A stretch of DNA of 64,000 nt, taken from an uncultured Nitrososphaerales archaeon (lineage in GTDB: Archaea > Thermoproteota > Nitrososphaeria > Nitrososphaerales > Nitrososphaeraceae). The DNA is taken from assembly GCA_963709405.1 (NCBI GenBank), contig CAVPXM010000063.1:64001-128000 (forward strand), read 5' to 3'. Shown here in pieces: positions 41,139 through 52,864 of this stretch (its first letter is position 1; each line of letters opens with the position of its first letter). Below the pieces are notes generated by a model. That model saw nothing but the letters and a program-made list of their open reading frames with translations. It was not told the DNA's origin and did not search any database. Both the position numbers and the translations under genes were made by a program.

Positions 41139-42341
41139 TTAACGTCTGAGGACCATATTGAAAAGGTTTCTTGCAGCCAATTTAGGATGACTTATCGCCA
41201 ATCTAATTATTGTTTTCGTCGTGAAATCCGCTTTAATGAAGTCCAAAAATTCTTCTGGAGATAAATCTCGTAAAATCTCAATCTCCTTATCCCAATCCCT
41301 GTCTGACAGCCCCATCCAGCGAGATTGAACTTTTAATGCTGCATTAATTTTTGAACCAATCTTATTCCGCCAAGCAATTTCGTAATTCATTAGAGATTCC
41401 TTATCGGATCCCATGGGGATTGACTTTGCTCCCACCATCCCTGCTAATCGACCGAATTCAATCGCATATCGGATTCCCTCAAGAACCAGGGGGTTTGATT
41501 GACCAGCGGAGTCTCCCACAAGTATCAGATGATCATAAACACCTGACCGGTGTATTCCTTCATTGGGTATGAAGCCGAAATGATATTCTACTGGTTGGAT
41601 ACGACCCATCTTATCTAATGGCTTGAGCCTTTTTTCCATAATTGTATGTAATTTTGTTGCAGGTTCCTCCTCTGAATGCGGTTTGCTGATTCCAACTCCG
41701 ACTCTAATTCTATTTCTCGAAACTGGAAATACCCAGGCATATCCCGCGTCGGAATAGGTACTGCCGACCATCAAGTGCCAAGTTTCCAAGTCAACTTTAT
41801 CACAATAGCATTCGTATTCCGCCCCTACTCCGTACCTGTTCCAATTTTTCACGACTCCCAATCTTCGTGCTACAATACTACTAAAACCACTAGCATCAAT
41901 AATTAGACTGCATTCAACACTAAAATCTCCCTTTGAAGTCCTAATATTGAGGCCAGAAATCTTGTTTTGTTTATCTTTGATGACATCAAACACGTTACTC
42001 CGCACCATGATCTTGGCTCCAGCTTCAGCCGCTTCAAAGGCAAGGTGTTGATAGACTTTACGAACATCCAGCACGCAGGATTCTGCGCGATTGCTCCTAA
42101 TTACGACCTCATTGGATGGAGAAATAAAGGAATAATTGTTAATTGGGTTATAATAATTGCTATTTATGCCAAGGCTTTCGATATTGCTTATCCATGTCAC
42201 ACCGCTTGTTCTGATATTATGAGCTATGGACGCATCTTTTTCAAACAAGACGACTCTAGCACCACCTTTGGCTGCTGAGTATGCTGCAGAAAGTCCAGCA
42301 GGCCCACCTCCTACGACTGCTATGTCATATTTCTCCATCAA
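41139..42341 (-). CDS. Geranylgeranyl reductase family FAD oxidoreductase
   Basis: GGGPAG, DASG, GYAWVFP, VGDSAGQSNPLVLEGIRYA. Confidence 0.9.
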   Translation of the reverse strand: MMEKYDIAVVGGGPAGLSAAYSAAKGGARVVLFEKDASIAHNIRTSGVTWISNIESLGINSNYYNPINNYSFISPSNEVVIRSNRAESCVLDVRKVYQHLAFEAAEAGAKIMVRSNVFDVIKDKQNKISGLNIRTSKGDFSVECSLIIDASGFSSIVARRLGVVKNWNRYGVGAEYECYCDKVDLETWHLMVGSTYSDAGYAWVFPVSRNRIRVGVGISKPHSEEEPATKLHTIMEKRLKPLDKMGRIQPVEYHFGFIPNEGIHRSGVYDHLILVGDSAGQSNPLVLEGIRYAIEFGRLAGMVGAKSIPMGSDKESLMNYEIAWRNKIGSKINAALKVQSRWMGLSDRDWDKEIEILRDLSPEEFLDFIKADFTTKTIIRLAISHPKLAARNLFNMVLRR

Positions 42342-42554
42342 TTCTCACTAACCATCGAGTTTTATATTTCGTTTTGATTTTCGGGCTCTCAGTACCACTT
42401 TTGTGAACTAATCGTAAAATAACTCAATTCAAAAAAATTCATTATCTTGACTTTGGTTATCCGTATTCGCAACTAGTGATGCTGAGTAAGTAGAAAAATG
42501 GATTTTCGATTTGCAGCAGTATTTGATGGTCTCCATGGGATTTAACTCGAGTTA

Positions 42555-43890
42555 TTACTGTCCAATAAACGCCATGTTTTCTATCCGAATATATGGAATA
42601 ACCGAGTCTGAAAAGGACTTTCGTTCTCTTGAGATACCCGTGATATTAGATAAAGCCTCAAATACATTTCCTGCAATCATCACTTCCTTTACCGCGAAGC
42701 TTATCTCCCCATTCTGAATATAATGACCGCCCTTGACTACACCAGAGAATTCGCCATTTACGGGATTTACGTTTCCTGAGAATCTATTCAATACAATTCC
42801 TCGATCAATTTCAGAACTAAGAGTGTTCAAATCTTTTGACCCTGCATTAATTACTAGATTCGTTGACGATACTACAGGAGGTGAGCTTGGTGGTCCGGCA
42901 GCATTTCCTGTACTCTCTACGTTATTCTTCATTGCGGTGTAGGTGTTGTAAATAAACGACTTCAAGATACCTCCCTCGATAATCCTAGTTCGACCGTGTG
43001 GAACCCCTTCTCTATCAAAGCTAGCGAGCAGCTAGACTCTTAGAATCGGTGGGATCATCCTCGATAGTTAACGAATCTGATGATACAACTTGTCCAATTT
43101 TTCCTTTAAATGCGCTTGTTTCCTTTTGTACTGAATCCGAATTAATCGAATGAGCAATAACGTCGAGAAGTAATTCTGAAACAGCATTAGGGCTTAGAAT
43201 CATTTCTCCCTTAAAGCTCTCAATTTTCCTAGCGCCTAAGGAATTCAGTGTATTTTGGGCAAGTGTCTCGCCAGAAGAAGAGACCTTGATGTCGGCAAGC
43301 ATATGACAACCATCAGATTGAATGTCAAAACTAGAAACATCAGATCCGTCTATTGCCATGCCCAAAATCGACCAGAAAAATGATGTGATCTTCTCACTAT
43401 GTCTCACTCCGTTAGAATTGTATATCGAATGGATCATAAAGGAATTTGTGAAATTCCCACTATCAACACTTACTCTCTCGTCATATGATTTAGCTGCTTG
43501 TAGCATCTGGGAGGCCATGGTAGTACAACCGGCTATGGTAAACGATTCCGCGTTTTCATCGAACAGTTTAGGTTTCTGTATATCAGTGTTGGACACACAG
43601 GGCAATACATTGAATCTATCTGGAGGACTTGCGGCAGCGACCTTTAATGCCCGAAGAACACTCCGTCGAATGCTGTCCTTTGTAAGCGAGTTCGCATATG
43701 AAAAGCCTAGACGATGATTCACGAAAAGTCTAATACCAAGACCTCCCATGGTGTGCGATTTGGCCTGTTTGATATCGTTATTTTCAATAGAAACCTCTGA
43801 CTCGCGATTGTTTATCGCACATGCCTCTGCTTCAGTTGCTCCATTTATCTCTGCCTCCTTTACTGCAAATTCACAAATCGTATCAAGCAA
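42555..43890 (-). CDS. pmbA: PmbA/TldE family protein (frameshift near 43025)
   Basis: GLGIRL...GFS and LTIEDDP, then FDREG and TGNA...NPVNGEFSG in the next frame. Confidence 0.88.
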
Positions 43891-43899
43891 TTCGAATGT

Positions 43900-45313
43900 T
43901 CACTCAAGACTCCCAACTGTTGCTTTGCATCGTAGATGCGGACCACCACCGTCCACTTTTGCTACCTGAAATTTTCCACAATATCCTGTTCCAATACCAT
44001 AACAAAAATCATCTCCTACCATGTCTACTGACTTTAATACCTCGAATGCATTTCCAGATATAGTTGCTCCTCGTTTCAAGTCTGTGATCTCACCTCCTTG
44101 AATGAGATGAAGCTCTTGAGCACCAAACATGAACTCTCCATTTGCGTCGGCCTGTCCATTTCTGGGGCCCTTAATTAGATAGCCGTATTTTGTTTCTTTG
44201 ATGATATCTTCTATCTTATCGTTTCCTGGCTTGATAAAAGTATTCCTCATTCTTATGATTGGCTCATCAGTGTATTCAAAAGCCCTCGCATTACCTGTCG
44301 GTTCGGTATCAAAAAGAAATGCAGTCTCTCTATTGTGTAGATAAGATCTTAATTTTCCATTTTCTATCAAGACAGTATCACCTGCAAGTACTCCCTCATC
44401 ATCCACTGCGATCGTCCCTGCTGCCGCTCCTGAGTACAGCGAACGCCCGCTGTCTACCAGAGTTACTTTCTCACTTGCCACCATCGTGTCTAACTTATCA
44501 CTTACTATCGAGCCGGACAGTACAAAGTCAGCTTCGACCATATGCCCAATTGCCTCATGGGAAATTAGTCCTACCATACCAGGATCCAGAATTACAGTGC
44601 TTCTTTCACCTGAGACGTGCTTTGCTTCAAGTAATCTTAAAGCTCTATGAGAAGCGCGCCTGGCGTACTGGACATGGTCATTTACTTGGAACAAATCCTT
44701 CCATCCACCAGTAACTCCTCTTCCTTCCGAAGCAGTGACGCTTTCGGCTCCTGAATTTGCTATACAGGTAATGCTAAATTCGGGTTTGGAATCAAAAGTT
44801 TCGAATTCAGCTCCATCGCTATTTACGATAGTTTTGTGATCTAGAATTTCCAGGTAACTGGAGTATGCTGACTTGATATCCACTGAACATTTTCTTGCCT
44901 CAGCTTCGGCCTCCTTTGTAACTTTGATTTTCTCCGCTATGTCTACTTCTTGAAGAGGGCCGTTGACCTTTGGTCTAAAAACGCCAGTGACGGGACGACG
45001 TAAAGGTCTCAAGCCTTTGACCTTTATCTTCTTGGTTGAAGAAAGGGCTTTCGCTGCCAGATATAGCTGTGGTAACACAATTCTCGAGCATCTCATCAGA
45101 CCTGCTATAAACACTACTAAACCCCCAACACCCATCAACAAGGGCTCTAACACAAAGTCCTGAGTTCTCAATTGTACTAATTTTCTCTAAATCTCCATTG
45201 CTAAATGCGACCTCGTTCAAGCTCCTAGCCTGATAACGAGCTTCAAGATAGTTTGTCTCATCAAATTTAGCCAACAATCTATTTAATCCCTCAATTGACA
45301 ATTCATAGTTCAT
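43900..45313 (-). CDS. tldD: TldD family metalloprotease (frameshift near 45065)
   Basis: GLCVRALVDGCWGFS, HEAIGH.VEAD, DDEG, TGNAR, RMRNT, CGK...GGP. Confidence 0.9.
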
Positions 45314-45703
45314 ACAAACACTACTCAAAACAGCTTTTACCTTTAATTATATCTAACGAGAACGAATATTAGATGAGTCTCCTCGCCTCATGTCGGTGAA
45401 TTCCTAATTCTGTATATAGAATATCCATTAATGAGAATCGTGATTTATAATCTGCAGGTTAAGAATCTTTGCCAAAATCCTGCCCGGAAAATCTAGCGTA
45501 CCCTTTATCTATTGGACAAACCTTGGTTATGGCCTCAATTTTAGCTTTTAACTATGACCGATAATTAGATATTATACGAGTCACTCATATCGGACTCATG
45601 ATATATGATTCGTGTCAATTTGCGGCAATGAAAATGAGTGTCTTCACGTTAAACCAATACGACGCTTTTATTACCATTTACCTTGAAAGGTTTTGATCTT
45701 TAG

Positions 45704-46702
45704 TTGGATTTAATACCTGCCATACCGGCACCAGATTTTAGACAAATTTCATCTTGGCATAATTCTAAAAGTCTTTCAATTAACGACTTGAAGGGAAACG
45801 TTATACTTTTAGATTTTTGGACTTTTACATGTATTTTTTGTTTAAGAACAATTCCGTTAATGAAGATCTTGGATAAAAAATATTCTAGATATGGATTAAA
45901 AGTGATTCAGGCTCACTCGTCTGAATACGAGTTCGCCAGATTGACTGAGAATGTCCTAAACGCCCTTACTTATTATAACTTGGACAAAATTCCTGTTGCT
46001 ATCGATAGCAATAACAAGACCTGGGAAGCATACGGTAATAGTTACTGGCCAAAACACGTGCTTGTTGATAATAATGGTTTTGTACGATACGAACATGCAG
46101 GTTATGGTAACATCACTGATTTCGAAGAACAAGTACGTGAGCTCCTCGAAGAAGCTGGACATACTATATCTGAACCCTTAGAGGTAACCAACCCGCCAGA
46201 TGAAATATATGAAACCTATGGGATGCATTTTGATGGAATAGCTCCTGAAATTTGTGTAGGCTATTCGAGACTTAGGAAGTTTGGAAATAAGCAAAAGATG
46301 AAGCCCAATGAGATCAATATTGCAACTGACCAAGGTATCCATTTGAATAATGTTGTCTATCTTCGTGGCGCATGGGTTTGGGAAAAAGAAGGGGTGAGAT
46401 CTTGTGCTAAGGCAGACGACGCCTCTTCTATAGCCATCAAATATAATTCAGCTTCGCGAGTCCATGCAATAATGGGTACCTATGATCGAAATCCCGGTAC
46501 CATTAAGATAAAGTTAGATGGGAAACCTCTTACTCGGAATCAGTTGGGAAGGAATGCGAAACTTGAAGCAGGATCAGCGACCTGTACTTTTGGAGCGCCA
46601 TTAATCTATAACTTGGTGAATACTCAAGTCAAAGAAACGCACGAGATAGAAATTTTTGCATCTTCAGATAACATCATTTTCTATACTTTTGTCTTTGGCT
46701 AG
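45704..46702 (+). CDS. Redoxin with DipZ-like C-terminal domain
   Basis: DFWTFTCIFC, HSSEYEF, NSYWP, and C-terminal YTFVFG. Confidence 0.85.
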   Translation: MDLIPAIPAPDFRQISSWHNSKSLSINDLKGNVILLDFWTFTCIFCLRTIPLMKILDKKYSRYGLKVIQAHSSEYEFARLTENVLNALTYYNLDKIPVAIDSNNKTWEAYGNSYWPKHVLVDNNGFVRYEHAGYGNITDFEEQVRELLEEAGHTISEPLEVTNPPDEIYETYGMHFDGIAPEICVGYSRLRKFGNKQKMKPNEINIATDQGIHLNNVVYLRGAWVWEKEGVRSCAKADDASSIAIKYNSASRVHAIMGTYDRNPGTIKIKLDGKPLTRNQLGRNAKLEAGSATCTFGAPLIYNLVNTQVKETHEIEIFASSDNIIFYTFVFG

Positions 46703-47142
46703 AGTTATCTAACACCGGCCGAGATCTCCTGCCTGACCAGCTCAGGACTAAAAGATTTGGTTTGAACCCATCTAGTCATGCCTCAAGCTTGTGGGCCAAA
46801 TCATGACGCAATACTCTTATTTTTCGTGATGTAAATAATTCCATCACGGTAAAGGTTCTCGGACTGATCTCCGTATGATTCATCTATTTACGTAGTACCT
46901 AAAAAAACACACTCATGCCTAGCGCAGATTCAGCATTATAAAAAAACCGCGATTAAAATCAGTAGGACATTCTGGGCACAATTGCTGTACAGAACTTTTG
47001 ATTCTTAATTGTCTTAATTTGAAGTGAGTTAGATTGGCCGTTTCCTATTAATATACATGCCAGTCGTTCTAAGTTAGCTACATCTAAATCTAAGATACCT
47101 GAGAGGTGAAGATTTTATTATTATAAGAATATATCATGAATC

Positions 47143-47646
47143 ATGGAAGATATTGATTCTGTTGCAAGCCCAAAAGAAGGCGACGTAGCGCCGGATATTG
47201 GATTCGAAGACAAGGACGGCAAAAGTGTAAAATTATCGGACTATCGAGGTAAGAAGAACGTAGTACTTTATTTTTATCCCAAGGATTTCACTCCAGGGTG
47301 TTCAATTGAAGCTGAGGAATTTAGTGGTGACTATGAAGAGTTTAAAGCGAAGGAGATTGAGATTTTAGGCATCAGCTCAGATGATAGCGAATCGCACAAG
47401 AGATTTAGGCAAAAATTGAATATACCGTATATCCTTGTGTCCGATCCGGACCACCTTTATTCAAAAAAATATGGTGTTTACGGGAACAAAAAGTTCATGG
47501 GAAAAGAATACATGGGAATAACCCGCTCTACTTTCCTAGTTGACAAACAGGGAAGAATAATAAAAATATTCTACAAAGTTAAGCCATCTGGTCACAGCAG
47601 AGAAGTTAGAGAGATATTTGCGGCTTACAATTCACCAGAATCTTGA
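47143..47646 (+). CDS. bcp: Peroxiredoxin, BCP/PrxQ family
   Basis: YFYPKDFTPGC, RSTFLVD. Confidence 0.93.
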   Translation: MEDIDSVASPKEGDVAPDIGFEDKDGKSVKLSDYRGKKNVVLYFYPKDFTPGCSIEAEEFSGDYEEFKAKEIEILGISSDDSESHKRFRQKLNIPYILVSDPDHLYSKKYGVYGNKKFMGKEYMGITRSTFLVDKQGRIIKIFYKVKPSGHSREVREIFAAYNSPES

Positions 47647-47656
47647 AGAGTAAGTA

Positions 47657-47744
47657 TGGTGCGGGAGATGGGATTTGAACCCACGAACCCCTGAGGGATA
47701 AGAGCCTCAGTCTTACGCCTTTGGCCAAGCTGGGCGACTCCCGC
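47657..47744 (-). tRNA. trnL: tRNA-Leu(GAG), CCA encoded
   Basis: GCGGGAG...TAAGA-CT-GAG-GC-TCTTA, long variable arm, GTGGGTTCAAATCCCAT, CTCCCGC-ACCA. Confidence 0.95.
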
Positions 47745-47880
47745 ATTTGTTAAAATTCGTTCGGTGCGCTAATTTGAATATTACCACTCATCGTAGGTAG
47801 GAATACACAATGGGTCGACAAATGAAGCGGCATTCTGTAAAATTTTGTCATGATTCGAAGTATTGTAATGATTTTTATAA

Positions 47881-48135
47881 GTGTCTGAGATAAAACAAAA
47901 GGTGCTAGTTCCAGTCCGCTGTTTCACTTGTGGTAAGATGGTCGGTGACAAATATCCTGAGTATGTCAACAGGATTAAAACTGAAGATCCAAGAAAAGTT
48001 ATGGACTCCCTAGGAGTAACTCGATATTGCTGCAGAAGGATGTTCGTATCGAGTCTAGAAACAATCTATCAGGTTATTCCCTATTACGAAGCATTGAGAA
48101 GAAGAAAGTCAGAAATCCAATCTGAGATAGAATAA
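47881..48135 (+). CDS. rpoN: RNA polymerase subunit N (Rpo10)
   Basis: PVRCFTCGK...RYCCRRM. Confidence 0.96.
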   Translation: MSEIKQKVLVPVRCFTCGKMVGDKYPEYVNRIKTEDPRKVMDSLGVTRYCCRRMFVSSLETIYQVIPYYEALRRRKSEIQSEIE

Positions 48136-48144
48136 CATACAAAA

Positions 48145-49392
48145 ATGCCTGTGATTACGGCTGTTAAAGGTCGTCTAGTATTTAATAGTCGAGGAAATAA
48201 AACTATTGAAGTTGACGTCTCGTCTGATCGTAAATTTGTTGGTAGAGCATGCGCGCCGTCTGGCGCAAGTGTTGGAATCCATGAAGTACAGAGTTTCCCG
48301 GACAATAGTCCTGAAAAGGCTCTGAGCACACTCCACGAAAATGTTGGAGACTTTATTGGGACAGATTCGTCTGATCAGCGAGCGATTTACGACGTAATGA
48401 AAAAAATTGATTCCTCTCCGGACTATGCAACTTTAGGCGGTGCCACAGCATTTGCTTTGAGCATCGCAGCACTGGAGTCTTGTTCGAAGGCGTTGGACGA
48501 ACCAATGTTTAAAGTACTAAAACAATCGAAACCTTATAAATTTCCCTTCCCATTAGGTAATGTTTTAGGAGGAGGTGCCCATGCTGGACCCGGCTCACCA
48601 GACATCCAAGAAATCTTGGTCAGTCCAATAGGCGCCAGAAGGATTGATGATGCTGTGGCTATGAATTTTAGAGTCCATCGAGAAGTTGGAAAGGTGATTG
48701 AATCCGTTGATAAGCGATTTACTTTTGGAAAGGGCGACGAAGGTGCATGGGCACCTAATATAGACAACGATAAAGCGATCGAAATCGTCGAAAAAGCTGT
48801 AGCCAATTGTGGATTCGCTCTGGGCAAAGAATTGGCCATTGGTATTGATTTTGCGAGTTCTTCTCTGTGGAATGAAAAGACTAAACGTTATGAGTACGTT
48901 CGGCAAGGAGTAAGCCGCACTAGCGAAGAGCAAATCAATTTCGTAAATGATCTTATTAAGAGATATAGACTATTCTACGTTGAGGACCCCGTCAATGAGG
49001 AAGACTTTGATAGTATGGCTTCCATTACTCAACACAACAGCACCTGCTTGATAACAGGAGATGATATGCTAGTTACGAATGCCTCATTAGTGAGAAAGGC
49101 TGTTAGCAAGGGGGCCTGCAGTGGTGCTATTCTAAAGGTAAATCAGGCCGGAAGTCTTTACGAATCATTGCTATTTGCAAAAGAGTGTATCGAAAATAAT
49201 ATTAGAATAATAACATCGCATAGATCTGGCGAATCAACCGATTCCCATATTTCACACATCGCAATTGCCACCGACTCCACATTCCTAAAGACTGGGGTAT
49301 TGGGAGGCGAGCGAGTTGCAAAGCTGAATGAGCTTTTACGTATCTCAGAGTATGGTTTAATAGAAGGCATGGCTGAGATTCATTTTGGTTAA
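48145..49392 (+). CDS. eno: Enolase
   Basis: NSRGNKTIEV, APSGAS.G..E, GDEG, EDP, GDD, LKVNQ.G, SHRSGE, ERVAKLN. Confidence 0.95.
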   Translation: MPVITAVKGRLVFNSRGNKTIEVDVSSDRKFVGRACAPSGASVGIHEVQSFPDNSPEKALSTLHENVGDFIGTDSSDQRAIYDVMKKIDSSPDYATLGGATAFALSIAALESCSKALDEPMFKVLKQSKPYKFPFPLGNVLGGGAHAGPGSPDIQEILVSPIGARRIDDAVAMNFRVHREVGKVIESVDKRFTFGKGDEGAWAPNIDNDKAIEIVEKAVANCGFALGKELAIGIDFASSSLWNEKTKRYEYVRQGVSRTSEEQINFVNDLIKRYRLFYVEDPVNEEDFDSMASITQHNSTCLITGDDMLVTNASLVRKAVSKGACSGAILKVNQAGSLYESLLFAKECIENNIRIITSHRSGESTDSHISHIAIATDSTFLKTGVLGGERVAKLNELLRISEYGLIEGMAEIHFG

Positions 49393-49394
49393 AA

Positions 49395-50195
49395 ATGGCT
49401 AGTGACGATAATAACGAAACTCCTAGTGAAGTTTTGGATAATAGAGATGCAAAGGATACTCAAGATGACTCACAAGTAAAGGGTGAAATCACTAACAACG
49501 AGACCGAGGATTCTGATAACCTGGATCCTGAAGATGCGGTATTAGCAGAGACCACTGAAGAGACCCAAACAATCGACGCGAGTTATTCTACTGAAGATAA
49601 CTTAGAAAAAATGATTCTCTCCACTGGAATTCGTGTGGGTACGCCAGTAAAGACAAAGTTCATGGCACCGTTCATCGTTAGAGCCAACCCGGAAGGTTTG
49701 TACATCCTTGACATCAGCAAGACATTGGCAAGAATAGATATTGCTGCAAAGTTTATTGGACGTTCAGATATTTCTAGAGTTGCAGTAGCATCAGCTAGAG
49801 AATATGGCAAGACGCCCGTAGAAAAATTCTGTGAACTAACAGGTGCGATCCCAATCTTGGGCAGGTTTATGCCTGGCACATTCACAAATCCATCTTTGCC
49901 TAAATATATGGAGCCGGAGATTGTAATTGTAACAGATCCTCAAGCAGACCAGCAAGGCGTGCTCGAAGCAACCCGAGCGGGCGTACCTGTAATAGCAATT
50001 GCCAATAGTGATAATGTCACGTCAAAGGTAGATCTGGTAATTCCAGCAAATAACAGGGGTAGGAAGGCTCTTGCTACCGTTTACTGGTTACTAGCCCGCG
50101 AAGTAATGAAAAAACAAGGGACCATCAAGTCGGATAATGAGATGAGGACTTCGATAGACGACTTTGAAACCAAGTTAGTCGAGGAGCTATCTTGA
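49395..50195 (+). CDS. rps2: 30S ribosomal protein S2 with acidic N-terminal extension
   Basis: GRFMPGTFTNP, DPQADQQ, IPANNRG. Confidence 0.96.
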   Translation: MASDDNNETPSEVLDNRDAKDTQDDSQVKGEITNNETEDSDNLDPEDAVLAETTEETQTIDASYSTEDNLEKMILSTGIRVGTPVKTKFMAPFIVRANPEGLYILDISKTLARIDIAAKFIGRSDISRVAVASAREYGKTPVEKFCELTGAIPILGRFMPGTFTNPSLPKYMEPEIVIVTDPQADQQGVLEATRAGVPVIAIANSDNVTSKVDLVIPANNRGRKALATVYWLLAREVMKKQGTIKSDNEMRTSIDDFETKLVEELS

Positions 50196-51046
50196 TTTTC
50201 GAACCCACGAGACCGCCGGCAGTAGCTGGTTTATTTTATCCGGCTGATCACGATGAGCTCACACAATCGATTCAACATGCTTTCGTGGATTCACAGTACG
50301 GACCTGGGAGACTTCCTCCAAAGTTAAGGTCCGAGGAACGCATTTATGGGATAATATCACCACATGCAGGGATACCCTATTCTGGTGCAGTCGCTGCAAA
50401 TGGCTTTTATGCAGTCTCACCAGCAGATTACAAAGATATTGTCCTGATAGGCCCCAATCATTACGGAATCGGATCGATGGTAGCAATAATGAAAAATGGG
50501 AGCTGGGCAACACCCTTAGGCGTAGTTAAAATTAATTCCGATCTAGCCCATTCGATTGCAAAAAATTCTAGAGTCATTAAGGACGATGAATTTGCCCATA
50601 GTAGAGATCATTGTCTAGAAGTCCAGATACCATTTTTCTTATTTATATGGAGGAGGGAATTTAGAATTGTTCCTATAATTATGGTGACGCAGGATATGCA
50701 GACCTCAATTGACGTAGGGAGATCGATCGCTCAGGCAGTTTCTGGATCTAATAATACCCTGCTATTGGCTTCATCTGATTTTACCCATTACGAACCGAAC
50801 GAAGAGGCACATAGAAAGGATACTAAATTAATAGATTCGATCCTGGCCATGGATGTTGCAAGTTTCTATTCCACATTAGAGCGAGAACGTGTTTCTGCAT
50901 GTGGTTACGGGGCAATTGCTTCGGTCATGACTGCCGCTAGATTATGCGGAGCAACCCAAGGGAAACTGTTGCGTTATGCAACGAGTGGAGACGTTACTGG
51001 AGATGATGACGCAGTAGTTGGCTACTCTTCTATAGCGTTTGTATGA
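50192..51046 (+). CDS. MEMO1 family protein (AmmeMemoRadiSam B)
   Basis: RPPAVAGLFYP, PHAG..YSG, GPNH, HCLEVQIPF, SSDFTHY, CGYG. Confidence 0.93.
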   Translation: MIFEPTRPPAVAGLFYPADHDELTQSIQHAFVDSQYGPGRLPPKLRSEERIYGIISPHAGIPYSGAVAANGFYAVSPADYKDIVLIGPNHYGIGSMVAIMKNGSWATPLGVVKINSDLAHSIAKNSRVIKDDEFAHSRDHCLEVQIPFFLFIWRREFRIVPIIMVTQDMQTSIDVGRSIAQAVSGSNNTLLLASSDFTHYEPNEEAHRKDTKLIDSILAMDVASFYSTLERERVSACGYGAIASVMTAARLCGATQGKLLRYATSGDVTGDDDAVVGYSSIAFV

Positions 51047-52027
51047 GTAAACTCAGATCTAGTTCCATTGCCTCTGCACCTGCAAAGGTCATTCTCTTTG
51101 GGGAGCATTTTGTTGTTTATAATATGCCCGCAATCTTAGTGTCTGTTAATAAGCGTATACAAGTTCAAGCCCGACTGATATCAGAGAAGGGTATTCACAT
51201 TCTATCGGACATCAAGGAACCCTTACATTACACATCGATGAAATGCGAATCACAAGTATCAGATGATATTGGGAATAATTCACTCTATCCTATCTGCGAT
51301 GCTGTGTTAAGGACCATTTGCAACAGAAACCTAGACACAGGAATCCAAATCGAAATCAAGTCCGATATTCCAGTTGGCGTTGGCCTGGGCTCATCTGGCG
51401 CAAGTTGCGTAGCTACGGTAGGCAGCAATTGAATATTTGTTTGACGTGCCTGATAGGAAACGAATTTGTTCAAAGGCAATTGAATCAGAGGCCCTTATCC
51501 ATAAGGGCTCCTCCGGAGCTGACTGCTTTGCATCTACTTTTGGTGGGATCATATACTACGTGAAAAATCATGGGTTTGATAGGATCAGTTTCCTTAAGAT
51601 GCCTCCTCTGATATTATTAAACAGCGGTGTAAAACATTCTACGTGGTCAATGGTATCTAGAGTTGAAAAATTTAAGGCTCAGAATGAATCAAAATTTAGC
51701 GAGTTATGTGTGCGAGCTTCCGAAATCTGTGAAAAAGGTAGGATGGCAATTCGAACTGGTCAAATAGAAGAAATTGGAAAATTAATGAATCAAAATCATG
51801 AGTTACTTCAAAATATTGGAGCATCACATGAGAAAATAGATGAATTAGTGGAGATTTGTAATAGAAACGGTGCATTAGGGTCCAAACTCACTGGCGCAGG
51901 CGGCGGAGGTAGCGTGATCACATTAGTGGAGGAAAAAGACCGTAAAAAAATGATCTCCGAAGTTATAAAACGTAATTGCGAAGTCATCCCGGTCGTAATT
52001 GACAACCGTGGTTTAGAGATACGCTAA
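51043..52027 (+). CDS. mvk: Mevalonate kinase (frameshift near 51420)
   Basis: APAKVILFGEHFVVY and PVGVGLGSSG, then H..SSGAD and KLTGAGGGG. Confidence 0.92.
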
Positions 52028-52066
52028 ACTTTAAATCCACATGAAAATTACCGTCTTCTAGAAAAT

Positions 52067-52864
52067 ATGAGCACTGGCCTACTGTTAATCAAGCTGGGTG
52101 GATCAGTGGTTACCTTCAAAGAAAAGCGTCTTTCTGCCAATCATGAAGCAATTGAAAGTATTTGTAAAACACTTAAGAAAATTAGTATACCTACTATTAT
52201 AGTGCACGGAGGAGGCTCGTTCGGTCATTATTGGTCGGTCAAATATAATATGCATACTCGTCCTGCGCGATATGATCCTCGGGGTGTATCGATCGTTCAC
52301 CAATCAATGGTAACACTTAATGAGATAATAGTTAATGCAATGACAAAACACAATCTATTGCCATATTCGATTATGCCTAATGCTTTAACGGTCAGATCAA
52401 AACCTTCTAAAGAGAAACTGATGGAACTTCGAATCATAGCCCATAGAAAAATTATACCGGTTACTTTTGGTGATGTTGTTCATGTCGGGAGCGGAAAATT
52501 TTCAATTTTATCTGGCGATGTATTGATGACTATGCTTGCCAAAGCTCTAAAGCCTTCGAAAGTCATCTTTGCTGTCAATGTTGACGGAGTATACCAAGAT
52601 TTGAAGAGCGGTCAAATCGTAAGTGAAATCGATGACATTAGCTTCAAATCACTTGAACTTTCCAAAGTAAAGTCAGATGCTACAGGAGGCATGAGACGGA
52701 AGCTATCTGAAGCCCTTAAGATGGCTGCTTCAGGAATAAACGTTATGATGATTAATGGATTAAAGCCTTGGAGAATAACTAACGTAGCTGCTGGCGACAA
52801 TTTTGAAGGGACCATAATAAGGGCCTCAAGCAGGAGCAAACTAAGATATGCCAGACACATCTGA
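52067..52864 (+). CDS. ipk: Isopentenyl phosphate kinase
   Basis: IKLGGSVVT.K, HGGGSFGH, SGD, DATGGM..K. Confidence 0.93.
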   Translation: MSTGLLLIKLGGSVVTFKEKRLSANHEAIESICKTLKKISIPTIIVHGGGSFGHYWSVKYNMHTRPARYDPRGVSIVHQSMVTLNEIIVNAMTKHNLLPYSIMPNALTVRSKPSKEKLMELRIIAHRKIIPVTFGDVVHVGSGKFSILSGDVLMTMLAKALKPSKVIFAVNVDGVYQDLKSGQIVSEIDDISFKSLELSKVKSDATGGMRRKLSEALKMAASGINVMMINGLKPWRITNVAAGDNFEGTIIRASSRSKLRYARHI